A DNA stretch of 59,051 bases from NCBI GenBank assembly GCA_964405835.1, contig CAYOPN010000007.1, forward strand, positions 1 to 59,051, given 5' to 3'. Under the pieces are notes generated by a model. That model made no database searches, was not told where the DNA came from, and saw only the letters and a program-made list of their open reading frames with translations. Within the stretch, counting starts at the first letter, position 1. Each line of letters starts with the position of its first letter. The DNA comes from an uncultured Elusimicrobia bacterium. GTDB taxonomy: Bacteria; Elusimicrobiota; Elusimicrobia; F11. The translations under genes were made by a program, and so were the position numbers. Shown here in pieces: positions 36,680-49,300 of this stretch.

Positions 36680-37321
36680 TCAATCCGGCGCCACCGCCGT
36701 GATTGTTATTGAGATGTTTTGCGCCGCCGAAGATGTCGTGGCGTTCGGCAGGCGGAAATAGAGCCACAGATGGGATTTCGCCGCTGCGTTTGGTTCCGGC
36801 GCCATCCCGTCCATGTTTTTCGAATCGAATCCACTGTTGTTTTCGAAAAGGTTTGAAGTGCTGAAGCTCGCGCTATCACCGACGTAGCGGTTGGTGGTGG
36901 AGACCATGTCGCTGCCGGCCGCGCCGGGCACGGTGCCGCTGAAGTAGTCGGCGGTTTGTGTGGGGGCGCTTGAGCGCTCAATCGATGTGAAGGTGGCCCA
37001 CACGGCGAGTCCGTCGGTCTCGATGGTGGTGGAGTCGGTGTCAAACGACCACGGTGTTCCGCCCGAGGAAATAGCTCCCTGCACTCGGAGATCGGTGGTG
37101 GCGAATGTGCTTTGGATGCTGACGGTGGACGGGTGCACGGTTTGCGTGCTCGCGCCAAGGTCCACCGTGCCGAGATTGAGAGTCACGTTGGCGGTGTCGA
37201 TATCGACCGCGTAATACGCGTTCGGAAGAATGGAGATCGTGAGAGAGTCCGTGCTCGCGCCCCACGCGGTCCATGGCGCGATCAACAAAAACCCCAAGAT
37301 GAATTTCTTTAGCGCGCGCAT
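36680..37321 (-). CDS. Divergent subunit paralog, putative minor/adaptor pilin
   Basis: WG|ASTDSLTISILP, YAVDIDTANV.LNLGTVDL, LWLYFRLP..AAQNISITITAVAPD; TAATG coupling to the giant gene. Confidence 0.88.
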   Translation of the reverse strand: MRALKKFILGFLLIAPWTAWGASTDSLTISILPNAYYAVDIDTANVTLNLGTVDLGASTQTVHPSTVSIQSTFATTDLRVQGAISSGGTPWSFDTDSTTIETDGLAVWATFTSIERSSAPTQTADYFSGTVPGAAGSDMVSTTNRYVGDSASFSTSNLFENNSGFDSKNMDGMAPEPNAAAKSHLWLYFRLPNATTSSAAQNISITITAVAPD

Positions 37322-40300
37322 TAGTCGGGCACCGTCGCTTTTCCGGTGATCCGGATTTCTTGCGCGTTGCCGGTCGTCGTGAGACCGGGCATTCCCAATT
37401 TGAACCAGATTGTGCGCGTGGCGCCGACCGGCAGGTCAACGCAGTTGCTGCCGGAATTGCTGATGACGGTGGACGTGCAGCGGGTGAACGCGTCGGAGAG
37501 TTTGTCTTCGACGCCGAAATCGGTGGCGTTCGGTTCGGTGGCATTGATGATCGACCACAACACAAAACGGTCGGTGGCCGTGGTTGCGGCGATCTGCCAT
37601 GGGCTTCCAGGTGTCGCGGTCGTGGCCGCGAATTCAAAGGTGGCCGGTACGTTCCCGTTGTTGGTGACGGTGATGCCGGTAGAAATGACGAGTGTTGTGT
37701 TGAGATTGATTGGCGTCGGCAGCGACAACGTATTGGTCGAGAGCGTGATACTGAGGTTTGTCGGCTGAGCGTAAGTGGTGGCGCCGTTCGAAATGCTGGA
37801 TGTGTTGTTGTTGATGTCCGTTGTCCACAAACGGAAGTAATAGGTGCCGCCGCTGATCAGGCCGGTAATGGTCCGGCCTTGTCCTGACCCTGCCGTAATG
37901 TTTGTCGTGGCAATATTCAGGCGATAGACATGCGCGGGTTGCGCGGCGGTTGGGCTCCAAGAATTTCCTTCCGCGAAAATGGTGTCGGTCGTGTATTGGA
38001 TTGTGAAGGTGGAATTGATGAGCGTCCCGAACGACCCGTCTTCACCGGGGGACGTCCAGGTCAAATCAATCGCGGCGCCAAACGTGCTGCGGAACGCGCT
38101 GAAGTTGTTGACCGCCGATGGCGAGCCGAAGTCCCAACGCGTGTTGTTCCCAAGGTCGACGCTGAGCGGTTGGGTTTGCATGAGCGCGCCAGCAGACGCG
38201 TTTGAATCTCTGACAGATACGTTGATTAGCGTTTGGCTGGAACCCGCGTAACGGAAATGCCATGGGTCGTCATCGGAGATTGAGCGAAGCGTGTTGTCGC
38301 GAAATTCGACTGCGTGAGTGACGTGCTGGGTCGTGCCGGGCGTGAAATAAATTGTCGTGTTCGAAGTGATTGCGCGCAATGCGTAGAAAGTTGTCGAACC
38401 CGCCAGCGTCTGGGTTTCAGCGCCGTTAAAGGTGACGGTGCCGGAGTTGGCGTTAAACAATCCGCTGTTGCTCCAGTTTCCGCCAACAGAAATGAGCTGG
38501 TTGGAGCTGGCGTTGAGCGTGGCGTTCGCCCCGATGGTCAGATCCCCAAGGACATTGAACGTGGCCGCCGGCAAATTGTGTGTGGCGGAAGCGGCCGGGA
38601 CCAAATCAAGATGGCCGAATGTTTGGCCGGCAATGTTCTGCGTGTTTGTTTGCAGATAGCGAACACGGCTGAGCGGGTCGAACGTGAAAGTCCCGAACAC
38701 GGTCGGGAAGGCCGAGGTGCCCGACATCTCGAACGTGGCGTCGTCCATAACGTGGAACGACTTCCCGGCGTTGCCCGCGATCGCGAAGCCGCCGTTTTTA
38801 AATGTGCCCGAGGCCACCACCACGTTGCCGGTGACATTTGTTCCGGTAATCGCGGCGGACAGCGTAGCACCCGATCCGGATATGTTGCTTATGTGAAGAT
38901 TTTCATAACTGCCGGCCGGGAAAAATTGGACAGTCTGTCCCGACGAACTATCGGCGTAGTTAAACACACTTCCCGCGGTGCCGGTGAGCAGCCTGGCATT
39001 TGAAATGCTCAGCGCGCCTTTCAAATTAATCCGTCCGGCGCCGCCGGACATGTTGATGATTTTTGTGTCGTTGGCCGAGGCGGCGAACGTCATGCCGCCG
39101 TAAGCGTTCAAAGTTCCGTTGTCGATGACGATGCGTGAAACACGCGAGGTGGTCGCGCTCGCGCCAGCAAAATTAATAAGTCCATTAACGGTGGCCGAGG
39201 CGTCGCCGATATTCCACGAATTGTTGCGGCTGGGCGTGGTCGGTTGGTTGAACACGACATTTCCATTCACAATCAATACATTGGTGCTGGAATGCGTGAG
39301 CGCGCTGCTGATCGCGCCCGGTGCCGCGAAAATAATTCCGCCGACCGTGGCATCCACGTTCACGGTGACGGTGATGGTGGAGTTGATGGTGATGATGTCG
39401 GTCGCGGAGGGGAACCCACCAAGGCCCGTGCAATTGGTCCAAATGCTGGCGTTGCTCCAGTTGCCGGTCGTGGTCGCGTTACACGTGGTGGGAGTGCGCG
39501 TGTTGGTGCTTCCCAACAGGAACCAGGCCGAGTCGATGTCCGAATGGTTGATCGCTTTGACTTGGCCGTAATAAACGGTGGCGGTCTCGAGCGACTCGAC
39601 CACGGCGTTTAAACCAAAAGTCGAAATGAAGATATCGTCAAAACCGTCAAATCCCGTGCTTGTTGAAATTTGGAGCATGTAACGGGTGACGCTGGCCGGG
39701 TTTCCGTTCTGTGCCCAGTTCACCGTGAACGACGTGAGGTTGACCGCGGTCCAGGTGGAAGCGACCGTGACCGGACGGTTGGCGAGCGTCGCGGTCGCAA
39801 TTCCGGTCGTCCACGCGCTGGTCGCGATCCCCACGATGGCGTTGGCGCGGCCGTAATACGTGGTGTTGACCGAAAGCGTGGCGGGCAAGGTCGCAAACAA
39901 GTTGGCCGTGATCGAACTCACGAGGCTCCCACTGAAATCCGAAGCGGTGCTGACTTGCATCGTGTACGACGTTCCTGCCGGGACGGGTTGGCTCCAGGAA
40001 GCGGAGAGCGTGTTCGTTGCGGCCGAAGTAAAGAAGAAATTGTTCGGCATGTTCGGCGCGAGCGTCGTGGTGCTGCCATTGGTGAGCCACGATGTCGGGA
40101 TATTGCTGTGGCTAATGGCGCGCACGCGCGCAAAGTAAGCGCGGAACGGAAGCAGCGATTCGAATAGCACGGCCGTGTCCGTTGTGTCGGAACTGTGAAC
40201 GGTGCCGGACAAGAAATTGCTCACCGTGGAAAGTTGGACCGTGTACAGCGTGCTCGACGGATTTGAATTGCTCAACCAGTTCACTGTTAGCGACGTGACA

Positions 40301-43300
40301 TTGACGGCCGTCCAGGTGGAGGCGGCCGTAAGTGGAATGTTTGCCAGTGTCGGTGTGGTGACGTAGGCCGAATACGGATAAGGAATTCCGCCAACAGTGG
40401 CGCTGACCTGGCCGTAATACGTGGTGTTCGGAATAAGCGGGACCATGGTCGTGGCGAACAAGTTGCCGGTGGTGGAACTGACAATGGTGCCGCCGAAATC
40501 GGAATCCGTGCTGACGCGCAATGTGTAGGTGTCTCCCGGAGGCGCGGAAGCCTGCCACGTTGCGGAGAGGGCGGTGGTCGCCGCCGATGAGAACGCGAGA
40601 TTTTTTGGAATGGCCGAAACAATTGTGTGTGTGCTGCCGAGAGTCTGCCAATCGCTGGGAATTCCCGAATGGTTGATGGCCCGCACGCGCGCGTAGTAGA
40701 CGGTCCCGCTCTCGAGCTGATCAAAAATATTGTCGAGGCTGTTCGTCTCCGCGTTAAGCAGAGTTCCGGAGAGGAAATCGCTGACCGTGGTGAGCTGCAC
40801 CGCGTATTGCGTGACCGCGGCCGGGTTGCCGTTGCCGAGCCAGTTGACCGTGAGCGAAGTGATATTGACCGCCGTCCATGTGGAAGCGGCGCTGGCCGGT
40901 TGGTTGGCAAGTGTCGCGGTCGTGACCGACGCCGACCACGGGCTTGAACTGCCATTGATGATCGCGTTAACCCGCCCGTAATATGTTGTGTTGACCGACA
41001 ACGACGCGCTTGTGGTCGCTATCAATAGCGTCGTATTGGAACTCGTGATTGTTCCAGAGAAATTCGACGCCGTGGAAACTTGGAACGTGTAGCTGTCCCC
41101 GGTTGGCGCGGAAGCGGTCCATCCGCCGGTGAGCCGGTTGGTGGCGGCGCTTGAAATAAAGAGTCCGGTGGGAGCGTTGACCGGCAGAGTGGCGGTGCTG
41201 CCCAAATTGACAAACGCGGTTGGAACGCCCGAATGGTTTACCGCGGCGACACGTCCAAAATAAATTGAATCAGGAATAAGCGAAGAGAATGTCGAATTCA
41301 GGTTGTTGGTGGTGGAACTCAAAGTCGTCCCTGAAAGGAAATCCGGCACCGTGGAAAGTTGCACGCGGAACCACGTGGCTGGGAATGGATTGTTGTTGCC
41401 AAGCCATGTCACCGTGATCGATGTGGTGTTGACCGCGGTCCAGGTCGATGCAGCGGACAATGGAATTTCCGCCAGCGTTGCGGTAGACACCGTCGTGGGG
41501 GCGCTATCGAGGCCCTCGATGGTGGCTATGACCCGCGCGTAATACGTTGTGTTGATCTTTAATCCAGCCGTTGTGTCGCTGGTCAGCGCGTTAAGAGCGG
41601 ACGTGAGCGGCGCCGAGAATCCGGAGTTCGTGCTGACAAAGAGCGTGTATGTGTCGGGCAGCGGCGTGGCCGCCGACCACGAATAGCCTATGGAATCCAA
41701 TGCCACGTTTATCGCTTGGAGCGTCGGCGGCGGGTTGGACCCGAACACCCAGTTAACGTTGTTGCCGCTGTCCACTCCTCCGGGGTAATTAACGATGCGC
41801 CGTCCGCCGGAAGCGTTCGAGTCCCGGACGTCGGCATACGACACGTTGTAAGAGGTGGTGTTATTGAGGAACCACGCGTTGCCGGTGACGATGGAACGCA
41901 ATACCACGGGAGCGCCCGACGTCCCTGTGATGGTGAACGTGGAAACCGTGAAGGTCGATCCTGCCGCGAAATAGACCGTGGCTGCGGGGCTGAGTCCGTT
42001 TGTGTTCACCAACAACCGCGCCGCCGAAAAACTCGAGGAGAAAACCAATCCGCCCGCGCTGGTATTGGAGGAGAGCACGTTCGCAAATGGTTTTCCGTAA
42101 TTGTTTACGTATTGCGCCGATATTCCTTGGAATGAAATGGTGCTGTTGTTGTGCGTGAACACACCGTTGTTTCTCCAATCGCCTCTCACCACCAATGGGT
42201 TGGAAGCGTGCGCCGTGAATGTCGCATTGGGGTTGATCGTGACCGCGCTGCTCACCGTGAGGACCGTGTTATTGGTATTGGCGGTAACTGTGGTCGCGTT
42301 GGTGCCATCTCCGATTGTTAGATCACCCTGGATAGTATTGGCGCCCGCAAGAAACGTCCGCGTGGCCGTGGCCGACGGCATGAGATCAAGATGTCCATAG
42401 GATTGGACCGTTATGTTGAGCGCCGCGCTCGATTGCAAATAGCGGGTTCGGCTGGTCGGACCGAACGTGAATGTGCCGAACGTGGTGGGGAACGCAGAAG
42501 TCCCCGACATTTCAAAGGTCGCGCCGTCTGCGACTTGGAACGTGTCGCCGGCGCCGCCGACGATGGCAAGCCCGCCGTTCTTTAATGTTCCCGATTGCAC
42601 GCGCAAGTTGCCGGCCACATTGGTGGCAGATATCGCAGCACCCAGCGTTGCTCCGGAAACCGACGTGTTGTTCACGTGCAGGTTGTTGTATCCGCCGGCC
42701 GGGAAGGTGCTGATCGTCTGGGCGGCCGAATCGTCGTTGTAATTGAAAATACTACCGACCCCTGCTGTTAACGTGGCGGAGGGGTTCGGGACCGTGAGAG
42801 CGCCTTTCAAATTCAATTGCGCGGTGGAGCCCGACAACACAATAATTTTGTTGGTGTTGATGGTGTTGGCGGCAAAAGTAATTCCTCCCAGCGCGTTCAA
42901 TTGTCCGCTGGTGACCGTAATGCTGGAGATGCGCGTGCCTACGGGTGCGCCCGGGAAGGAAATGAGTCCCGTCACGGTGGCGGTTCCGTTATTGATGTTC
43001 CAGCCGCTGGTCCGGTTGGCCGTAGTCGCTGCACTTAAAGTCACGTTTCCATTCACCGTCAATGTAACGGTGCTCAAATGCGTCAGCGAGTTATTTGTTC
43101 CGGGAGAAGCCAAGATAATTCCCCCGACCGTGGCATCCACGTTTGCGATCACGTTGACACCAGAGTTGATGGTAATGATATCGGTCGCCGAGGGCACTCC
43201 GCCGGGCCCCGTGCAATTCAGCCAGTTTGCGCCGACTGTCCAACTCCATGTCCCAACCGTGTTGGCATTACAGGTTACGGGTGTTTGGGTGTTCGTACTA

Positions 43301-46300
43301 CCCAGCAAAAACCACTCTGTGGAAATCTCGGAATGGTTGACTGCTTTTACTCTGGCGTGGTACGTGGTGGCAGTGTTCAGATTTAGGAAATTGGTGGTGA
43401 CCGTCTGTGTAGTTATTTCAATATCGTCTTCTCCGTCAAAGGTCGAGGCAGTGGACATTTGGACTGTGTACCAAGTGATCGTCGGGTTTGAGTTGCTTAA
43501 CCAGGAAACCGTAATGGAAGTCAGATTAACCGCGGTCCATGTGGACGCCGCGGAAGCGGGAATGTTCGCGAGCGTGACGGTTGATGCATTGGACGACCAA
43601 GAGCTTGATACGCCATTGATGACGGATTTAACGCGCGCGAAATAGGTCGTGTTGGGGATGAGCGTCCCAAACGGGACCGCATATAAATTGACGGTATCAG
43701 AACTGGTCAACGTGCCAGTGAAATCGGAAGCGGTACTGGTTTCGAGTGTGTAGGTATCGGCGGCCGGTGAAGGCGGCGACCACGCGGCCGTGAAGGAGGA
43801 AATATTTACTACGTTGAAATCGAGACCTGTCGGCACATTTACTTCAAAGACCCAGTTCACGTTATTCCCGAGATCCACGCTTCCAGGAAGCGCGAGGATG
43901 CGGCGGCCGGCAAACGCGTGGGAATCTTTCACCTGCGCGTACACGACCGCGTGTGTGCTCGTGTTGTTGATGTGCCACGGCGTGCCGTCGACATTCGATT
44001 TCAACACGGCCGGGTAGAGCGCCGATCCGGTAATCGAGAACGAAGAAACGGTAACGGTCGAACCCGCATTGAAATACATGGTCGCCGCGGAGCCGAGGCC
44101 AACCGTGTTCACAAACAACCGCGCGGCGGAGAAACTGGAATTGAAGATGAGTCCGCCGGCGCTGGCGTTGGAGGAAGTGACATGACCGAAACCTTGGCCG
44201 GCGTGTTGGACCGACTGCGCGCTCGCGCCAGCGAAGACGACCGTGCTGTTGTTATGAACAAACGAACCGAGGTTCGTCCAATTTCCACGGACGGTCAACA
44301 CGCCTGTCGCGTTGGCCCCAACCGTGGTGACGTTGGTCCCATCTCCAATGGACAGATCACCCTCGATTGTAATCTCTCCCGCCGGGAAGTTTTGCGTGGC
44401 GGTGCCGGCTGGCATCAGGTCGAGATGTCCGTAGGTTTGCGTCGTTAGCGTGAGCGGCGTGCTGGTTTGCAAATAACGCACGCGGCTGGTCGGGCCAAAC
44501 GTGAAAGTGTCGAACGTGGTGGGGAACGTGGAGGTGCCCGACATTTCAAACGTCGCTCCGTTGGAGACCTCGAATGTCCGGCCGGCGTTGCCGACAATTC
44601 CAAATCCGCCGTTCTTGAATGTTCCTGACTGTACGCGCAGATGGCCGGTCACATTGGCCGCGGTCACCGCCGCGCCGAGCGTCGCGCCGGAAGCGGATGT
44701 GTTATTCAAATACAGATTGTGATAAGCCCCTTCCGTAAAGAAGCGAACGGTTTGAGCCGAAGTATCATCGGCATAATTGAAAATGCTGCCCGAACCACCG
44801 GCGTTTAACGTACTGGAGTTGGCTGGCAGCGTCATATTGCCTTTCATGTTTAATTGGCCCGCGCCGCCAGACATGTTGATCACTTTTGCCGGCGCGGTGG
44901 AAGACGCGAAAGTAAATCCGTTGAACGCGTTCAATTCTCCTGATGTGATGTTGATCTGGGACACCCGCGTGGTTGTGTCGTTGGTCCCGGCAAACATGAT
45001 CAACCCGCCCACCGTGGCGGTGCTGGCGTTCAAGTTCCATGCCGTGGTGCGATTATCAAGCAGGGGTTGATGCATGGTGACAGGACCGTTCACAGTTAAT
45101 GTGACCGTGCTTAACTGTGTGAGCGAGTTGTTGGCGTTTGAGGCTGCGAACACAATTCCGGCCACCGTGGCGTCTACGTTAACGATCACGCTGATGCCGG
45201 AGTTGATGGTGATGAGGTCCGTTGTCGCTGGGAACCCTCCCGGTCCCGTGCAATTCACCCATGTCCCGGCCGTGTCCCAATTTCCGGAGACCGCGGCGTT
45301 GCAGGTCGTGGGGGAAGTTGTTTTGGTGCTGCCGACCGTCAAATAGGAGGAGTTCAATTCGCCGTGGTTGACCGCTTTGATACGCGCGAAATAGGTGGAG
45401 CCGAGGAAGAGGTCCTCAAAGGTTGCGCTTAGGTTGTACGTGGAGGAGCTATAAAACTCTTCGGTTAAGAAGTCGCTGGCGGTGGCGAGGTCGACGACGT
45501 ACCGGGTGATGCCGGTTGGGTTGCCGTTCGCGAGCCAGTTGACGGTGAAGGACGTGTAATTGACGAAGGTCCATGTGGAAGCTGCGGATGCCGGAATATT
45601 TGCCAGCGTGGCGGTGGCGAGTTCCGTTGACCAAGCACTGGCGATGCCCGCATTAATCGAATTCACACGACCGTAGTAAGTGGTGTTCGCTGTCAACGGC
45701 GCGGTCGAAGTGGCGAACAAATTCAGTGTGGACGAACTGATGACGGTGCCGTTGAATAGAGAGTCGGTACTGACTTGGAACGTGTAGCTGTTTCCGGGCG
45801 GGACCGGAGCGTCCCATGCGGTCGTTAGCGTATGAGTGGAAGAAGCGGTGAACCGGAAATTGGACGGCGTGGACGGCGCTTGTGTCACGGTGCTTCCCAA
45901 CAAGAACCATGCGGTGTCGATATTCGAATGGTTAACCGCTTTAACGCGGGCGTAATAGGTTTCACCGTGACTCATGGATTGGATCGTGGCCTGCAGATTG
46001 TAGGTGGACGAACTGAAAGTTACACCCGCATTGAACGCGGACACGGTCGAGAGTTCAAGCACGTACCTTGTCTGCGGCGATGGGTTTCCGTTGCCCAGCC
46101 ACGCGACCGTTACCGATGTGAAATTCACCGCGGTCCAGGTGGAAGCGGCGGTGACCGGAGCTCTGGCGAGCGTTGCCGTTGAGAGTGTTGAAGACCAATC
46201 GCTGAGAAGGCCGGAAACAATGGAATTGATGCGCGCGTGATAGGTGGTGTTCACCAACAAGAATGACGTGGTCGCGCTCGTGAGTCCCGTCGACGTGGTG

Positions 46301-49300
46301 GACGTCGGCGCGACGAAATTCGAATTGGTGCTGAACGTCAATGTGTAACTGTCTGGCGCAGGAACGTTGGCCGACCATCCCAAACTTAGTGTATTGGTCG
46401 ATGCCGATGTGAAAACAAAATCGGATGGTGTGTCGGCGCCAAAAGCCCAGTTGGAATTGTGGTCTATGCTAACGCCGCCGGGGTAATCGAAGATGCGCAG
46501 TCCGGAATTGGCGTTGGAATCTTCCACGGACACATAACGGACGGTGTGTGTGCTGGTGTTATTGAGATGCCAATAGGTGCCGGTGTGTGTGGAACGCAGG
46601 ACCACCGGATAGGGCGCGGCGCCGGTGACAACGAAAGTGGCGACCGTGAACGTTGATCTTCCGGCGAAGTACATCGTGGCTGACGAGTTCAGATCGGACG
46701 TGTTCAGCATCATTTTGGAAGCGGAGAAACTGGACGTGAACATCACGCCGCCGGCGCTGATGTTGGAAGAAATAATTGTGGCGAAGGTTTGTCCGGCGTT
46801 GGCGATCCGTTGCGTTGTGTTGCCGGACAGCGTAATGGAACTGGTGTTTGCCGTGAACACGCCGGCGTTGGACCAGTCGCCACGCACGCGCATGTTGATG
46901 TTGCCCGCTTGGAATACGCCAAGCGGATTGATCGACATATTGCCGTTCACGTCAATCAGCCGGCCATTGGTGTTGTTGTTCAACGTGGTTGAGTTCGTAT
47001 CGGACGCGCCGCCGATAGTTAAGTCACCGTTCACGATAATCCTTCCTGTGCCAAGAGGGGACGTGGTGATGGTCCGGTTGGCCGCGGAGGAATTGCTGAA
47101 CGTTAAATTGTTGAAGGTCCAGTTGTTGGTGCCGGCAATGTGGCTGCCGAATTGTTGGTTGAGCGCGACCCGTTGCTCAAATGTGCCGCCGCTCAAATTG
47201 ATTGTCCCGTTGGTCCCATTGCCCATGACGCTGCCGTTCACGGTAACGTCCACAGCTCCGAGCAACGTGCCTGCTGTTACCGTCAACGTGGACCCTATCG
47301 ACACCGGGTCGTTCAACGTCCATTGGCCGCCCGTTCCACTAAAAGTCAACGAGTTGAAATCGGACGCTCCGAGCATATTGCCGGACAAGCCAAGGCCCGC
47401 GGTGGTGCCGTTGAAAGTGACAGTCCCGTTCCGCGAGGTGAACGCGCCGTCATTTTGATAGTTGCCGCCGATGGCCAAGGAAAGATTGGTGGCGGACACG
47501 TCCAGCGTGTTATTGGCTTCGATCGTGACCTTCGCCGTCGCGGTCGTAGCGGCAAGCAATGTTTTGGTGGGTGTTCCGCTCGGAGCGCTCAACGTAAGGT
47601 TCCCGTACACCGGTGTGCCCGAGATATTTTGGTTAATGCCGGCGTTGTAAGTCACCGTGGAGAGCGCATTAAGCGCGATGCGACTGGCGGTGTAGTTCGT
47701 GGGCCACGTGGTTGCGGTCCCCGCTGTTCCCAAAATGAAATTGGTATTGGCCGCCATTGTCAGCAGATTCGTCGCATTGCCGGCGATTTGGAATCCGCCG
47801 TCTGCCAACATTCCATTCTCAATTTTTAAATTTCCATTGATGGTGGGAGCGGCCCCGAACGTTTGTGTTTGATTGGGCGTATCGATGATCAAATGCATGA
47901 GTGTCAGCGTGCCGGAGTTGATCACGGTGCTGGCCGCGCTCGTGATGGTCAATGTGGACGTCATGGCCGAGTAGGTCCCGACGCGGGTGATCAGCGGGCC
48001 CGTCAATCCGTTGACGATGACGGAAGATCCGTTGGCATAGAAGAATCCGTTGGTGGCGACATTGAGGGTCCCGGTTTGGAAAGGCCGGTTGCTTGTGGTG
48101 GTGGTCATGCTGGAACTCGCCGTCCCGGTGCGCGTCAGCAACGTGTCGGCGTCCACGTCCAAAAGACCTCCCAGGTTTACGGTCAATACGTTATTACCGG
48201 CCGGGGTCACCGTGAAATCGTTCAAGACTGTCACCGTGCCCGCTCCGAACGTGTAAGCGCGCGCGGCATTGACCGTTGGGCTCAAGACCAGGTCGTAGAA
48301 CGACGGTGTTCCGGAATGCAGTGTCACCGATGCGTTGGGGGTCATGGTTACGATAGAGTTGCCCGATTCAAACACGCCGGCGTGGGCGAACAACGTGCCG
48401 GATGTGGCGCTAAGCGTGATGGTGGCGGATTGCGCGCGCAGCGTCGCTTGCGCTCGCAGGTCCAACCGGCCCGCGTTGAGCGAATAGTTCGAGCCGACCA
48501 CTGTATCAAGGATGGAATAGGCGTTTCCGCTTCCATCCAGAATCGCATTGTGCGTGGCCGCCACGTTGATAGCACCGCCCATGTTGACCGTCAATGTCGC
48601 CACTCCGACGGAGACTTTATCAGGATCGATGGTGAATGTACCGTTCATGGTCAGGTCGCCTGACCCCATTTCGTAAGTGCGGTTCGCGGTCAGCGTGGGC
48701 GAAATGGTCACGAAGTTAAATGTGATGGTTCCGTTCGTAAGAGTGACGTCGGCGTCAGAGGTAAACGTCACCGTGGTGCCGGCGGTGGTGAACGTGCCGG
48801 CTTGGTTCCATAACGGGCTTGTTGTTCCGTTCAAAGTGATCAGCGAAGAGCGGCCGTTTAATGTCCCACCCGTCATGAGACTAAGACGCCCGGTCGTTAT
48901 TGGGTAATTGGTCGCGGTCGTGTCCAATGTGGTCGTGGCGTTGTTCGTGCGCGTGATTGTGATTGTTTTGTCCGGCGCTACGACTATTCCGCTCGCGCCA
49001 AGGTTGACGGTCAAAGCCGCGGCACCGACCGTGGTTTTGTCCGGGTTAATGATGAAATCGCCATTAATGGTGTGCGGTCCGGCGCCGACGGTGTAGGTGC
49101 GGGCGGCCGTGATCGTTGGCAAGAAGGACAGGTTGTAAAGATTTTGCGTGCCGCTAAAAACCGTCACGGCGGCGTTCGCCGACGCGATGACAAGCGAAAA
49201 CCCTTCGTTGAATGTGCCGGTCCTCGTCATCAAGGTGCCGGCGGTTCCGTTTAGCGTGATCGTTGAATTTTGCGCATTGTAAGTACCGTTTGCGGCGATA

